DNA of 64,000 nucleotides from Candidatus Azambacteria bacterium (GCA_016234725.1 JACRAK010000019.1:5801-69800); one strand, 5' to 3'. Counted from the first letter of the stretch, positions 37,410 through 47,044 are shown. The notes: generated by a model from the sequence alone, not told the origin. Numbers and translations are program-made.

Positions 37410-37682
37410 AACCGGTTTTAGTTGCGCGGGGTTACAAAAAAAGTATATAATTGATACGCTTTGTTCTTTCCATTTTATTTCGTCAAGCGAGGAGCAAAAT
37501 AAAAACTTGTTTTCATTTTGTCCGAGCGTCGGCGAAACAAAGGGCTTACACCCTTTTATTTTTTCGGCAGCCGATCGGCCGCAATGTCGGCCGGCACCGG
37601 TGCCGGAATTACCGTAAAGCACTCCGCTGGCGTACGCGCAAGCGCATGCCGGTGGAGATGCGATGCGGGAGATATTTTATAT

Positions 37683-37757
37683 TCCGCGGTGGCGCAGTGG
37701 TAGCGCAGGCGACTGTTAATCGCTTGGTCGTAGGTTCGAATCCTACCCGCGGAGCCA
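37683..37757 (+). tRNA. tRNA-Asn (GTT)
   Basis: Acceptor stem tccgcgg/ccgcgga, D-loop agtggta, anticodon arm gcga-ctGTTaa-tcgc, T-loop ttcgaat, encoded CCA. Confidence 0.97.
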
Positions 37758-37765
37758 GATAGGAC

Positions 37766-37790
37766 AAAAACACCCATATGGGTGTTTTTC
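37766..37790 (+). terminator. Intrinsic terminator after tRNA-Asn
   Basis: aaaaacaccc-atat-gggtgttttt. Confidence 0.75.
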
Positions 37791-37833
37791 GTTTTCTACG
37801 GATTTTTTGTTGCCGGTGTGGTAAAATGAGTTT

Positions 37834-38379
37834 ATGAGAGTAACCAATTTTTTCAAATTGGTTATTGCGATTGTTGTGTCGGAATTAGCCGGAGTGATCG
37901 GTTCGGTTTTTACTATCTCCGCGATTCCGACTTGGTATGCCGGGCTGGTGAAGCCGGCGCTGAATCCTCCCGCATGGGTGTTTAGTCCTGTGTGGACAGC
38001 GCTGTACGCGCTGATAGGCATTTCTTTGTATCTTGTCTGGAAGAACAACTGGGAAGTCAAAAATCGCTTTTTGGAAGTCAGACGAAAAGCGTGGAACAGA
38101 TGGTCCGAACGTTTGTGGACCGGCGACCTGCAGAAAATGAACGCGGTGGCGATCTTTGGGGTGCAATATATTTTAAATATCGCATGGCCGTATCTGTTTT
38201 TCGGCCTGCACCTTCCCAGCTTTGCTTTTTTTGAACTCTGTGCGCTGTGGTTTTCGATCGTCTGGACGGTCGTTGTTTTTTACCGGATCTCGCGGCCGGC
38301 GGCGTATCTGCTTGTGCCATATCTTGTATGGGTGAGTTTTGCTTTGTACTTGAATTACTCGATCTGGATGCTTAACTGA
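37834..38379 (+). CDS. tspO: TspO/MBR family tryptophan-rich sensory protein
   Basis: WYAGLVKPALNPPAWVFSPVWTALY, LNIAWPYLFFG, LLVPYLVWVSFA; internal ~25-aa insertion. Confidence 0.92.
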   Translation: MRVTNFFKLVIAIVVSELAGVIGSVFTISAIPTWYAGLVKPALNPPAWVFSPVWTALYALIGISLYLVWKNNWEVKNRFLEVRRKAWNRWSERLWTGDLQKMNAVAIFGVQYILNIAWPYLFFGLHLPSFAFFELCALWFSIVWTVVVFYRISRPAAYLLVPYLVWVSFALYLNYSIWMLN

Positions 38380-38412
38380 GCTGATGTATTACTCGCGGTT
38401 CACGATCGTGTG

Positions 38413-38838
38413 TCAGAGCTTTTTCAGTAAAAATTTTGCTGAATAATAGCCCACGATAAATGCAAGGGCGTGGACGACGCCAAACGCAAGGCCTGTTCCC
38501 ACAAGTCCCATACCTAAAAAAGTCAACCCGCGCAAGGGGATGCCAAAGGGCTGGTAATAGAATATCGCCGGGAGGATATTGTAATAGAAGCCAAAGATCG
38601 ATGAAATGATAACGCCGGCGGATGCTACTGTGATAAACGTATTTCCTTTAAGGTCAAACACCGACAGGAATATGAGTGAAAAGATAAAATAAAAAGCCAT
38701 CTTGGCCATAAAATAGGCCGGGGTTTCCATCGGATCTGAAAATAACAAGTGAGAAAAATAATCAATGACAAAGACGCCGATGGCGGATATTAAAAGAGAA
38801 CCAAGTACTATTTTTATATAATTTTTCTTATCAGCCAT
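38413..38838 (-). CDS. Membrane hypothetical protein (about 4 TM)
   Basis: Hydrophobic ORF, probable start MADKK. Confidence 0.65.
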   Translation of the reverse strand: MADKKNYIKIVLGSLLISAIGVFVIDYFSHLLFSDPMETPAYFMAKMAFYFIFSLIFLSVFDLKGNTFITVASAGVIISSIFGFYYNILPAIFYYQPFGIPLRGLTFLGMGLVGTGLAFGVVHALAFIVGYYSAKFLLKKL

Positions 38839-39167
38839 TTTCTTATTGTAAAAATTATCGCCGTTAGAACAACAGCCCCGGATACGGAATACAGTGACCA
38901 ATATTCGCTGACCGTTCTGCCCCCGAGAACAATGTACATTAATTCATCTGCAGCTAAGCCAGAGCCCACAGAAAAGATGCCTATTCTCAATCCAGTATAT
39001 CTTTTAGGTACTAGTAAAGCAAAGAAAATAAACAGTACCCCGATCCAGAAATGATGAATGATCGCCCCGCTCACGATGAGTTTTCTCTGGGGAAAAAGAA
39101 AAACCTCCATCCTCATCGCAAGAACAGTTACAACAAAGATACTATAAAAAACAGTATCGCTTTTCAT
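38814..39167 (-). CDS. Membrane hypothetical protein with HHFWIG and ADE motifs
   Basis: About 4 hydrophobic helices; overlaps the next gene as in an operon. Confidence 0.7.
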   Translation of the reverse strand: MKSDTVFYSIFVVTVLAMRMEVFLFPQRKLIVSGAIIHHFWIGVLFIFFALLVPKRYTGLRIGIFSVGSGLAADELMYIVLGGRTVSEYWSLYSVSGAVVLTAIIFTIRKWLIRKII

Positions 39168-39268
39168 GATAGCATATTACCATCTTGAACGCGGGCCCTC
39201 CAAGACATATACTATACATATCATCAACCCGTTATACCAAGTAAGAAAAAGCAATAAAATATAAGCAT

Positions 39269-40029
39269 ATGTTCGAATTAACAAAAAAAGTGGCATTCGT
39301 GACGGGCGGTCGACGCGGCATGGGCAGAACCCATGCGCTCGCGCTGGCAGAACAGGGGGCAAGAGTCGTTGTTGCCGATATTGACCAAAACGAATGTATG
39401 GCGGTGGTCGAGGAAATAAGATCAAAGGGCGGCGAAGCCATTTGCTTTCAGATGGATGTTTCGAATAAGGCCGAAATTGAGCACGTATTTGATGAAGTTA
39501 TCAAGCAATATGGCCGTCTGGATATTTTGGTCAATAATGCCGGTATCTATATCCCAAAACCAGCGCTTGAACTCACAGAAGAAGAGTGGGATAAAACGAT
39601 AGATATCAATCTCAAGGGACAGTTCCTTTGCGCCCAACGAGCCGCGAAAGAAATGGCAAAAATAAATGGGGGCGGATCATCAATATATCCTCGGTTGCTT
39701 CCGGTCAGGTTGGCGTGGGAATCGCCGGCGGCGCGCATTATACCGCGTCAAAAGGCGGGGTTATCGGCATGTCAGAGACCTTAGCGATCGAGCGGGCTCC
39801 TTTGGGGGTCAATGTGAATGTCATTGCTCCCGGCGCGATCGACACTCCGATGGTGCAAGCCGCGCAAATACCAAAAGAGGCAATGGACGCAATGCTCGGG
39901 CGTGTGCCGCTTAAGCGGATCGGGAAACCGGAGGAAGTATCCGCCATGGTTGTTTTTCTCGCGTCTGAAGAAGCAAGCTATGTCACTGGCGCAACATTCT
40001 ATGTGGATGGCGGCTGGCTTGCCGTGTAA
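39269..40029 (+). pseudogene. Short-chain dehydrogenase/reductase (FabG-like) split by a one-base frameshift in an A5 run (~39658-39662)
   Basis: TGGRRGMG and NNAG in the first frame; GRIINISS, YTASK, NVIAPG and VDGG in the second; one extra A restores MAKNKWGRII. Confidence 0.88.
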
Positions 40030-40170
40030 CGACCAGGATAGGCAAGGATGTTGCCGGGAATTTGCCAAATTGCGGTGCGGAATGCGTGAAGTGCGCGGAG
40101 CAAAGGAGAACTCTTTCTTTTATTAGTATTTGTTGCTATACTCACAGAACGGTTAATTAATCACATATAT

Positions 40171-40290
40171 ATGGGAAGAAAAACAGGCATTGTAAAGGGG
40201 CGAGCATCTCATTCTCACAAAACAAAGAAGCGATTGGAGATCAAGCGTCTTATGCTTGAGGCAAAGAAGAAAAAAGGAAAGAAGAAATAA
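40171..40290 (+). CDS. 39-aa highly basic small protein (below the ORF-track cutoff)
   Basis: MGRKTGIVKGRASHSHKTKKRLEIKRLMLEAKKKKGKKK*; TG-extended TATACT about 30 nt upstream. Confidence 0.6.
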   Translation: MGRKTGIVKGRASHSHKTKKRLEIKRLMLEAKKKKGKKK

Positions 40291-40323
40291 GAGCCGTAGC
40301 GCGTATATCGTTATATTTTCTTT

Positions 40324-40698
40324 ATGAACGAAGCACCGCCAGATCAAGAAGAAAAGGAGCGGAAAAAGGGAGAAATAATCACTTTAGCTAGAGAGCTTAG
40401 CGAGAGCCAGGAGAGTTTTCCGTTTCCCGGCATTGAATCGGGGTCGTACGAAAAACTGAAGGCCGCCGATGAGGAATTTCCCGGTTTTGTTACCCCCATA
40501 GATGAATTGATCGTAAGATTTGAGAGTGAGGGAATGAAGGTTGCATTAGGAGAGTATCCTGATAGCGGAAATGTTTTTATCCTGCCATCACAAAGCAATG
40601 ACATTGAAATGGATAGCATTCTGCCGAGACATTTGCGTCCCGAGGCGACGGATGAGAAACTTAATGAATTGATCTTGCTAAGCAAGGAACAGAAATAA
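40324..40698 (+). CDS. Acidic hypothetical protein
   Basis: 124-aa ORF filling the gap; no recognised motif. Confidence 0.6.
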   Translation: MNEAPPDQEEKERKKGEIITLARELSESQESFPFPGIESGSYEKLKAADEEFPGFVTPIDELIVRFESEGMKVALGEYPDSGNVFILPSQSNDIEMDSILPRHLRPEATDEKLNELILLSKEQK

Positions 40699-40857
40699 AA
40701 AGACGTATTCTTTTGAGCACAGGTCTCACAGCGTTCGCGATGTATAGTATTTGACGGATACAATAAATTATGATATAGAAAGCACACAGCGAACGCTGTG
40801 TGCTTTCTTTAACAATCGAGTATAACGCAATAGAGCTCACCATAAAGGAGGGGTATA

Positions 40858-42096
40858 ATGAGAAGAAGAAAAAGAATGGATGATGTGATAGCTTTTTTGC
40901 TTGCAGGAGGAAGCGGGAATCGTTTAAGGCCGCTGACCTCTGATCGGGCGAAGCCGGCTGTGCCGTTTGGCGGGAAATGGTTCATCATTGACCCGGCCTT
41001 GTACAGTCTGTATCATTCCGGACTAAACACGATAAAGGTGCTGACGCAATACAACAGTCAGCCGCTCATCCAGCATATATCCCGGTGTTGGCCGCGAAGA
41101 CCAAATGCCGAGGATTATGTTGAGGTCATTCCCGCGCAGCAGCAGACGGGAGGCGACTGGTATACGGGTACCGCAAACGCAGTTTTCCAGAACATCGATG
41201 TTTTGTCTCAAGGGCAGGATTTCGAGATCGTTGCGATCTTTGCCGGCGACCACATCTTTAAATTCGATGCGAGCCAGATGCGGGAGTTCCATGATGCGAA
41301 AAAAGCTGATTTTACCATCTGCGGTATGGAACTTCCCGTGCACGAGGCCGCCGGAAGATTCGGCGTTATCGTCGTGGACGAAAACAGCAAGGTGCTCGAC
41401 TTTCAGGAAAAGCCGAAGCACCCCGCCGAGATCCCGGGGAAACCGGGATTCTGTTATGCGAGCATGGGCAACTATATCGCTCACGCGAAAATTCTTCGCG
41501 AGGTTCTTACGGAAGATGCAAAGAATACTACGTCTTCGCACGATTTCGGGAACGACGTGATCCCCACGATGATCCGGGGCGGACTTGGCGTCTACGTGTA
41601 TAACTTTGCCGAGAATAAAGTGCCGGATCAGGAAAGGCCGTATTGGGTCGATGTGGGAACTATAAGCTCCTATCACCAGGCCAATATGGACCTGGCGGGA
41701 GAAAACCCCGCGTTGAATTTGTATTCTCAAGAGTGGCCGATCATGACCCCTCCGGACAAGGAGCCGCCCGCAAAACCCGCGAGGCGGTCGACCGTGGAAT
41801 ATTCTCTTTTCAGCGGAGGAGATATTCTCGATGGAACATCCGTTTTTCATTCAGTGCTTGGGAGAAGAGTGATCGCAAGCTTCTGTTCAAAAATAACAGA
41901 ATGCATTCTCTTTGACCGGGTGATCGTTGGCGAAGGGGCGGAGGTGTCTCGTACCATTGTGTGCGAGGACGTTATCATTCCTCCTCGTACTAAAGTGGGC
42001 TTTTCAAAAGAGGCAGACCGGAAGCTCGGCATTGTCATTGACCATGACAGCGGCATTCGGGTCATACCTCGGGGATTTAAATTCCCCAATAAGTAA
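40858..42096 (+). CDS. glgC: Glucose-1-phosphate adenylyltransferase
   Basis: LAGGSGNRLRPLTSDRAKPAVPFGG, WYTGTANAVFQN, AGDH, FQEKP, ASMGNY, DFGNDVIP, YWVDVGT; SD aaggagggg. Confidence 0.95.
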   Translation: MRRRKRMDDVIAFLLAGGSGNRLRPLTSDRAKPAVPFGGKWFIIDPALYSLYHSGLNTIKVLTQYNSQPLIQHISRCWPRRPNAEDYVEVIPAQQQTGGDWYTGTANAVFQNIDVLSQGQDFEIVAIFAGDHIFKFDASQMREFHDAKKADFTICGMELPVHEAAGRFGVIVVDENSKVLDFQEKPKHPAEIPGKPGFCYASMGNYIAHAKILREVLTEDAKNTTSSHDFGNDVIPTMIRGGLGVYVYNFAENKVPDQERPYWVDVGTISSYHQANMDLAGENPALNLYSQEWPIMTPPDKEPPAKPARRSTVEYSLFSGGDILDGTSVFHSVLGRRVIASFCSKITECILFDRVIVGEGAEVSRTIVCEDVIIPPRTKVGFSKEADRKLGIVIDHDSGIRVIPRGFKFPNK

Positions 42097-42114
42097 TTGC
42101 ACAAGAAATAAATT

Positions 42115-42146
42115 AAAAAACCAGGGATAATACTCCCTGGTTTTTT
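42115..42146 (+). terminator. Intrinsic terminator after glgC
   Basis: aaaaaaccaggga-taatac-tccctggtttttt. Confidence 0.75.
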
Positions 42147-42305
42147 AATTTTAAACACCTGTGAATAATGCGCGCGTGAAATAATTGACAAAACAGATCT
42201 TTTGGTATACCGTGTTACACAAAGAATGTCCGTTTAAAGAGGTACAAGCCCATTGAAAACATATGATACGATCCCGCCGCCGAGGATATCGGGGAAGGAG
42301 GAGAA

Positions 42306-42908
42306 ATGGAAAGAAAAATGAAGAGTGGAGACAGGATAATGCTGGAGTTCTTCGTGCAGAACGGTCTTCTGTATGAGGCGCAACAGGCAGTAAAAGCATC
42401 CGGAAGGAATATGTTTCCGGAGGAGCTGGAAATGATCATAAGGGCCTGCTTTAAGAAGGGGTTGCTGTTTGTCGCTAAAGAGGCGATCGGGTTTCTTCCC
42501 GGAGAAAGTGAAAAAAACTTTTATCTCAGGATGCTCAGCATCTCTTGCTTAAAGAAAGATCTTTTGGACGTTGCAAGAGAGGTGATCGAGCTTCTTCCTC
42601 AGGGAAAGAAGAAAACCCTCTATCACGCCAAACTCCTCATCAATACCTGTATTAAAAATGGCAAGCTGGATGAGGCCGCGCAGGCGGCAAAGCTTCTTGG
42701 CAGGGATCTCGCGCAAGAGGAGGTGGAAAAAATCATCATGATCTGCCTCAAAAACCGCTGGCCGAGTGAAGCGAGTAACGCAATTAAGCTCCTTCACGAT
42801 AAAGAAGCCAGGATCTGCTACTACGAGAAAATCCTGACTGTGTATCTTGAGGAAGGGCTATTTGAAAGTGCTAGAACCGTAGCGCAGGAGTTAAATTGCG
42901 CAGAATAA
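42306..42908 (+). CDS. Helical-repeat (TPR/PPR-like) hypothetical protein
   Basis: About six repeats of the pattern CxKxGLLxxAxEAIxLL; SD aaggaggag. Confidence 0.7.
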   Translation: MERKMKSGDRIMLEFFVQNGLLYEAQQAVKASGRNMFPEELEMIIRACFKKGLLFVAKEAIGFLPGESEKNFYLRMLSISCLKKDLLDVAREVIELLPQGKKKTLYHAKLLINTCIKNGKLDEAAQAAKLLGRDLAQEEVEKIIMICLKNRWPSEASNAIKLLHDKEARICYYEKILTVYLEEGLFESARTVAQELNCAE

Positions 42909-42927
42909 ATCAAGAAGGAGGAGTTGT

Positions 42928-43167
42928 ATGAAAGAGAAGAAATGTAAGCATTGCGGGAAGAAGGTGAAAGGCGATCATTACTGCTTGCCTCTCGGAAGAA
43001 CTGTCTTCTACGAGAGTACGGATGATTTTACGCCATCATTCTTGGCGGGTCTCACGGGGGATTATACGAGTGGCAATGCCGACTCCGGCACGGGCGATTG
43101 CGGGCCGGGCGACAGCTCTGGCGGCGGTGGTTCCGATTCGGGCGGATGCGGCGGCGGAGGAGATTAA
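42928..43167 (+). CDS. Small protein with a CxxC...HxC zinc-ribbon-like start and a Gly/Asp/Ser-rich tail
   Basis: KCKHCGKKVKGDHYC...DSGGCGGGGD; SD aaggaggag. Confidence 0.65.
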   Translation: MKEKKCKHCGKKVKGDHYCLPLGRTVFYESTDDFTPSFLAGLTGDYTSGNADSGTGDCGPGDSSGGGGSDSGGCGGGGD

Positions 43168-43171
43168 CGCT

Positions 43172-43543
43172 ATGAATAAAGATCGTAAGCTAAGGACTGT
43201 TGAGGCGAACAAAAACGCTACATGCGAAAAGCAGTTTGGAAGGGTGGGCGAGTACCTTGTTAAATATGTACGAGTACACAATGCTCCAGATCACGCGCAG
43301 CACGTTGTCGCTCAGGTAGCCGTGAATAACAAGGTCATTTGGAATTTCAGAGATGAACATTCCAAAGACCTTGCGTATTTTCTTGAATTGGACGGGACCT
43401 GTTGCATCTGTCTCGTTTCCAAAAAGAAAGAGTTAAGGAGGGTCATTTGGCTTGATGCTCTCCACGCGAAAATCGAGCAGGAGGAAAGGATAAAAGAGCT
43501 GGAAGTTCTTGCAAAAAAGAAGCTAAAAACCCTCTTGGGATAG
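43172..43543 (+). CDS. Hypothetical protein
   Basis: ATG 4 nt after the previous stop; followed by a terminator. Confidence 0.55.
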   Translation: MNKDRKLRTVEANKNATCEKQFGRVGEYLVKYVRVHNAPDHAQHVVAQVAVNNKVIWNFRDEHSKDLAYFLELDGTCCICLVSKKKELRRVIWLDALHAKIEQEERIKELEVLAKKKLKTLLG

Positions 43544-43562
43544 AGGGAATACAGAAAAAACC

Positions 43563-43597
43563 AAACCGCCAAAGCGAAAGCTGAGGCGGTTTTTTTA
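43563..43597. terminator. Bidirectional terminator between convergent genes
   Basis: aaaccgcc...ggcggttttttt. Confidence 0.65.
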
Positions 43598-43614
43598 TTG
43601 CGCGAAACGACGGG

Positions 43615-44022
43615 TTATTTCTTCTTTGAGGCCTTTTTCGCGCTGTGGGCTTTGGAGTGGGGAGCGGCGGTGGCACGCGCGATCTCTTTTGCAATACCTT
43701 TCCAGTGGTCTTTTAATTCGCCGACGAACTCAACAACATCTTTCGGGTCAAGGCGTTCGAGTGTTTTATATTTACCCGCGACTTCCTTGATGATCTTGTG
43801 ATAGGTTGCCTCGTCTACTTTGGAAAGCTTTTCGAGTTGTTCGAGCACTTCGCCTCGCGCTTTGAGCGACCACGCTTTGACCTGTTTGCGCCGTTTCGAC
43901 GCATTCTTTGAGCCGTAGAGGAAATATGTGCCGGCAATAGCGGCGGCCGCAACCGCGGCAAGCCCTGCGCCTACTGCTGCCTTATTGATCGTGGAGCCCG
44001 CTTTTTTTGCCCGTTTTGCCAT
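43615..44022 (-). CDS. YtxH-like membrane-anchored basic protein
   Basis: AAVAAAAIAGTYFLYG then RRKQVKAW helical region; Lys-rich tail. Confidence 0.65.
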   Translation of the reverse strand: MAKRAKKAGSTINKAAVGAGLAAVAAAAIAGTYFLYGSKNASKRRKQVKAWSLKARGEVLEQLEKLSKVDEATYHKIIKEVAGKYKTLERLDPKDVVEFVGELKDHWKGIAKEIARATAAPHSKAHSAKKASKKK

Positions 44023-44042
44023 AGTATGAATTATTAATTACA

Positions 44043-44333
44043 TTATTTAAGCTCCTTTTTCTTTCGCTCTATTTTCTGCCGCCGCATGAACAAGGCAAGG
44101 AAATAGTCGAGGATCGATTTGGCCTTCACCCCTTCTTCTTTTACCGCACTGCGCAGTTCATCAATGTCCTGTGCAAGCTTATTTCCCTCTTCTCTCGCCA
44201 ACTTCGAGAGGTGGCGCATATCTTTTAATATCGGAATGATATAGATAAGCGCGACCCCGAAGCTCACCGTAAGAAAGATGACGAAAATACTGGTGATGAA
44301 AAAAAAGATGTCCGCCTTAATAAGTGTTCCCAT
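44043..44333 (-). CDS. Single-TM coiled-coil hypothetical protein
   Basis: MGTLIKADIFFFITS TM segment followed by a coiled coil; upstream of the YtxH-like gene. Confidence 0.65.
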   Translation of the reverse strand: MGTLIKADIFFFITSIFVIFLTVSFGVALIYIIPILKDMRHLSKLAREEGNKLAQDIDELRSAVKEEGVKAKSILDYFLALFMRRQKIERKKKELK

Positions 44334-44447
44334 GTGTTTTATTGTAACATATGGAATAAAAATATCCACTTTTTATGCTTGACGCAGGGGGTTTCAGGAG
44401 TATGCTTAATGGTAGAGCGGTTTATTATTAACGGAGTATATATACCT

Positions 44448-44801
44448 ATGGATGTTCAAAATACTAATGCCCCGGCGGAAGGAAGCGCCCCGCAGAAAAC
44501 AGCGGAGAAGAACGTGCTTATGGCGGTGCTTGCATATATCGGGCCGTTGATCATTGTTTCATATGTCACCGCAAAAGACGACGCTTTTGTAAAATTCCAT
44601 ATCAAACAAGGGCTTGTGTTGTTTGTTATCGAGCTTGGGGTGTGGGTCCTTGGCATGATGCTGTGGCAATTATGGCCGCTTCTTAGCATAGTGAATCTCG
44701 CCACCATCGTGCTTTCTATCATCGGGATCATCAATGCCGTAAAAGGCAAAGAAGAACAGCTTCCTTTGGTAGGGAAGTTTTCCCAATATTTTCCTTTATA
44801 A
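44448..44801 (+). CDS. DUF4870/Tic20-like small membrane protein
   Basis: MAVLAYIG, FVKFHIKQGLVLF, GIINAVKG...LPLVG. Confidence 0.8.
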   Translation: MDVQNTNAPAEGSAPQKTAEKNVLMAVLAYIGPLIIVSYVTAKDDAFVKFHIKQGLVLFVIELGVWVLGMMLWQLWPLLSIVNLATIVLSIIGIINAVKGKEEQLPLVGKFSQYFPL

Positions 44802-44934
44802 ATATCCAAGACATAATTGTTTGGTTTGGCGTGTGTGTTGTATTGAGATAGTTCGAAAAAATCCACCCGATGAGGGCGGATTTTTAGCAGGGAACCACCT
44901 AGAGTATCATATAAAAAGCTGGTAAGATGGCCTT

Positions 44935-46593
44935 ATGACCCAAGAGCAAGCGCTCTCTATTTTGAAAACCGGGGCGAATGTTTTTTTGACCGGCGCTCCC
45001 GGGTCCGGCAAGACGCATACGGTGAACGAGTATGTGGCATATTTGCGCGCACGGGGCGTTGAGCCGGCGATCACCGCTTCCACCGGCATCGCGGCGACGC
45101 ACATCGGCGGGATGACGATTCACTCGTGGAGCGGCATCGGTATCAGAACAAAATTAAGCAATCTCGGATCGATCGCGACAAGCGACTATATCGCAAAGCG
45201 CGTCCGGCGCGCTAAAGTTCTTATTATAGACGAAGTGTCCATGCTTGCTCCCGGAACGCTCGCGATGGTTGATGCGGTCTGTCGAGAGATCAAGCAGAGC
45301 GAGGACCCGTTTGGGGGCATTCAAATCGTTATGGTGGGCGACTTTTTTCAATTACCGCCGATCGTGAAAGTGGAAACAGAAGGAAGCGTACAGGGCGTGC
45401 TGATCGAAGAAACGGCGGCTCGTTTCGCGTATGATTCTTCCGCATGGGTGCGGGCGCGTCCGATCGTCTGTTATCTCACTGAACAGCACCGGCAGGACGA
45501 CACCATTTTCCTTAATTTGCTTTCCGCGATCCGGTGCAACGCTTTTAGCGGTGATCACCTTGGACATCTTGAAACGAGAAGAGTTTACCCATTCGACTTC
45601 GCTCATGGTCAATCCCGAGCTTGTCGAGGGGTCGAGCGTCACACCGCGCCACAGAGCGCTCCCAAGCTTTTTTCTCACAACATTGATGTGGATCGCGTGA
45701 ACGATGAAATGCTCGCAACGCTTTCCGGTAAGTCGCATGCGTTTGGCATGTCGTCACAGGGCCCACATGCCCTTGCCACAGCGCTTCAAAGAGGGTGTCT
45801 TTCGCCCGAGACGCTGTATCTTAAAATAGGCGCATCGGTGATGTTCACCAAAAACAACCCCAAAGAGGGTTTTGCAAACGGCATGCTCGGCGTCGTTGAG
45901 GCGTTTGACGCAATAAGCGGGTATCCGATCATCGTCGCGCGCAACGGAGTACGGATCACGGTTGAGCCAATGGATTGGACCGTGGAGGAGAACGGCAAAG
46001 TCCGTGCGCGCATTGCCCAGCTACCGCTTCGCCTTGCGTGGGCCATCACGGTGCACAAAAGCCAAGGGATGAGTTTGGATGCGGCGGTGATGGATCTGAG
46101 TGCGGTATTCGAATTCGGGCAGGGATATGTCGCGCTCTCTCGAGTGCGGCGGCTTTCGGGTTTATATCTTTTGGGCTGGAATGAGCGTGCGTTTTTGGTG
46201 CACCCCGATGTAGTAAAGAAAGACGAGTCATTTCGAGCGGCTTCCTTCGGCGCTGAAGCGGAGTTTTCTGATATCTCGCCGACAAAACTGCAAAAGATGC
46301 AGGAGGATTTCATTATCGCGTGCGGCGGGAAGAAGCGCGCGAAACGACGGACGTCGGACGTCCGTCATCGGGTATCCGGTGTTCAGGAGGGCAAAAACGG
46401 AGGAGGCGGAAGGTTCGATAAGTTGAGAGAAAAACATCCGAACGCCTATCGTCCGTGGGACAAAGCGCAGGATAAGAAATTGGAGGAGCTCTTTGCCGAA
46501 GGCGTTGCTACGGCTGATCTCGTAAAGACATTTGGCAGAAAAGGAGGAGCTATTAGGTCGCGTCTTATCAAGCTTGGTCTTGTGGAAGAATGA
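44935..46593 (+). CDS. PIF1/RecD-like SF1B DNA helicase with a C-terminal small HTH-like domain
   Basis: LTGAPGSGKT, TASTGIAA, IIDEVSM, GDFFQLPP, EQHRQ, QLPLRLAWAITVHKSQG, YVALSR. Confidence 0.92.
   Translation: MTQEQALSILKTGANVFLTGAPGSGKTHTVNEYVAYLRARGVEPAITASTGIAATHIGGMTIHSWSGIGIRTKLSNLGSIATSDYIAKRVRRAKVLIIDEVSMLAPGTLAMVDAVCREIKQSEDPFGGIQIVMVGDFFQLPPIVKVETEGSVQGVLIEETAARFAYDSSAWVRARPIVCYLTEQHRQDDTIFLNLLSAIRCNAFSGDHLGHLETRRVYPFDFAHGQSRACRGVERHTAPQSAPKLFSHNIDVDRVNDEMLATLSGKSHAFGMSSQGPHALATALQRGCLSPETLYLKIGASVMFTKNNPKEGFANGMLGVVEAFDAISGYPIIVARNGVRITVEPMDWTVEENGKVRARIAQLPLRLAWAITVHKSQGMSLDAAVMDLSAVFEFGQGYVALSRVRRLSGLYLLGWNERAFLVHPDVVKKDESFRAASFGAEAEFSDISPTKLQKMQEDFIIACGGKKRAKRRTSDVRHRVSGVQEGKNGGGGRFDKLREKHPNAYRPWDKAQDKKLEELFAEGVATADLVKTFGRKGGAIRSRLIKLGLVEE
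45588..45630. repeat. REP-like element inserted in frame in the helicase
   Basis: cccattcgacttcgctcatggtcaatcccgagcttgtcgaggg encodes PFDFAHGQSRACRG; related to 16544-16584. Confidence 0.75.
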
Positions 46594-46642
46594 CCGGGGT
46601 GGTATGTGGTATAATGGAGGCATTGATAATTAACGAAAAACC

Positions 46643-47044
46643 ATGAAAAAAGGATATAAGGACAGCATCGAAAAGCTCACGCTTGAGAACGAAAACTTCC
46701 GCAAAGTGCTCTATACCGCCGCGTATTGCCAGCTGGTACTGATGTCGCTCAGGCCGCTCGAAGAGATCGGCTCCGAAGTGCATGAAGGCGGAGACCAATT
46801 CTTCCGCTTTGAGAAGGGGGAGGGGAAGGTGGTCATTAACGAGACCGAATACACCGTCGGCGACGGCGATACCGTTATCGTGCCTGCGGGCGCGACGCAT
46901 AATGTTATCAATACGTCGGAAACCGATGCCCTGAAGCTCTACACCATTTACGCGCCGCCGCATCATCGCGACAGCATTATCAGGATCACCAAAGAAGAAG
47001 CGGAAGCCGACGGGCCGGAATTTGACGGCACCACAACGGAGTAA
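46643..47044 (+). CDS. Cupin-domain protein
   Basis: NENFRKVLYT, EIGSEVH..DQFFRFEKG, VPAGATHNVIN, LKLYTIYAPPHH. Confidence 0.9.
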   Translation: MKKGYKDSIEKLTLENENFRKVLYTAAYCQLVLMSLRPLEEIGSEVHEGGDQFFRFEKGEGKVVINETEYTVGDGDTVIVPAGATHNVINTSETDALKLYTIYAPPHHRDSIIRITKEEAEADGPEFDGTTTE

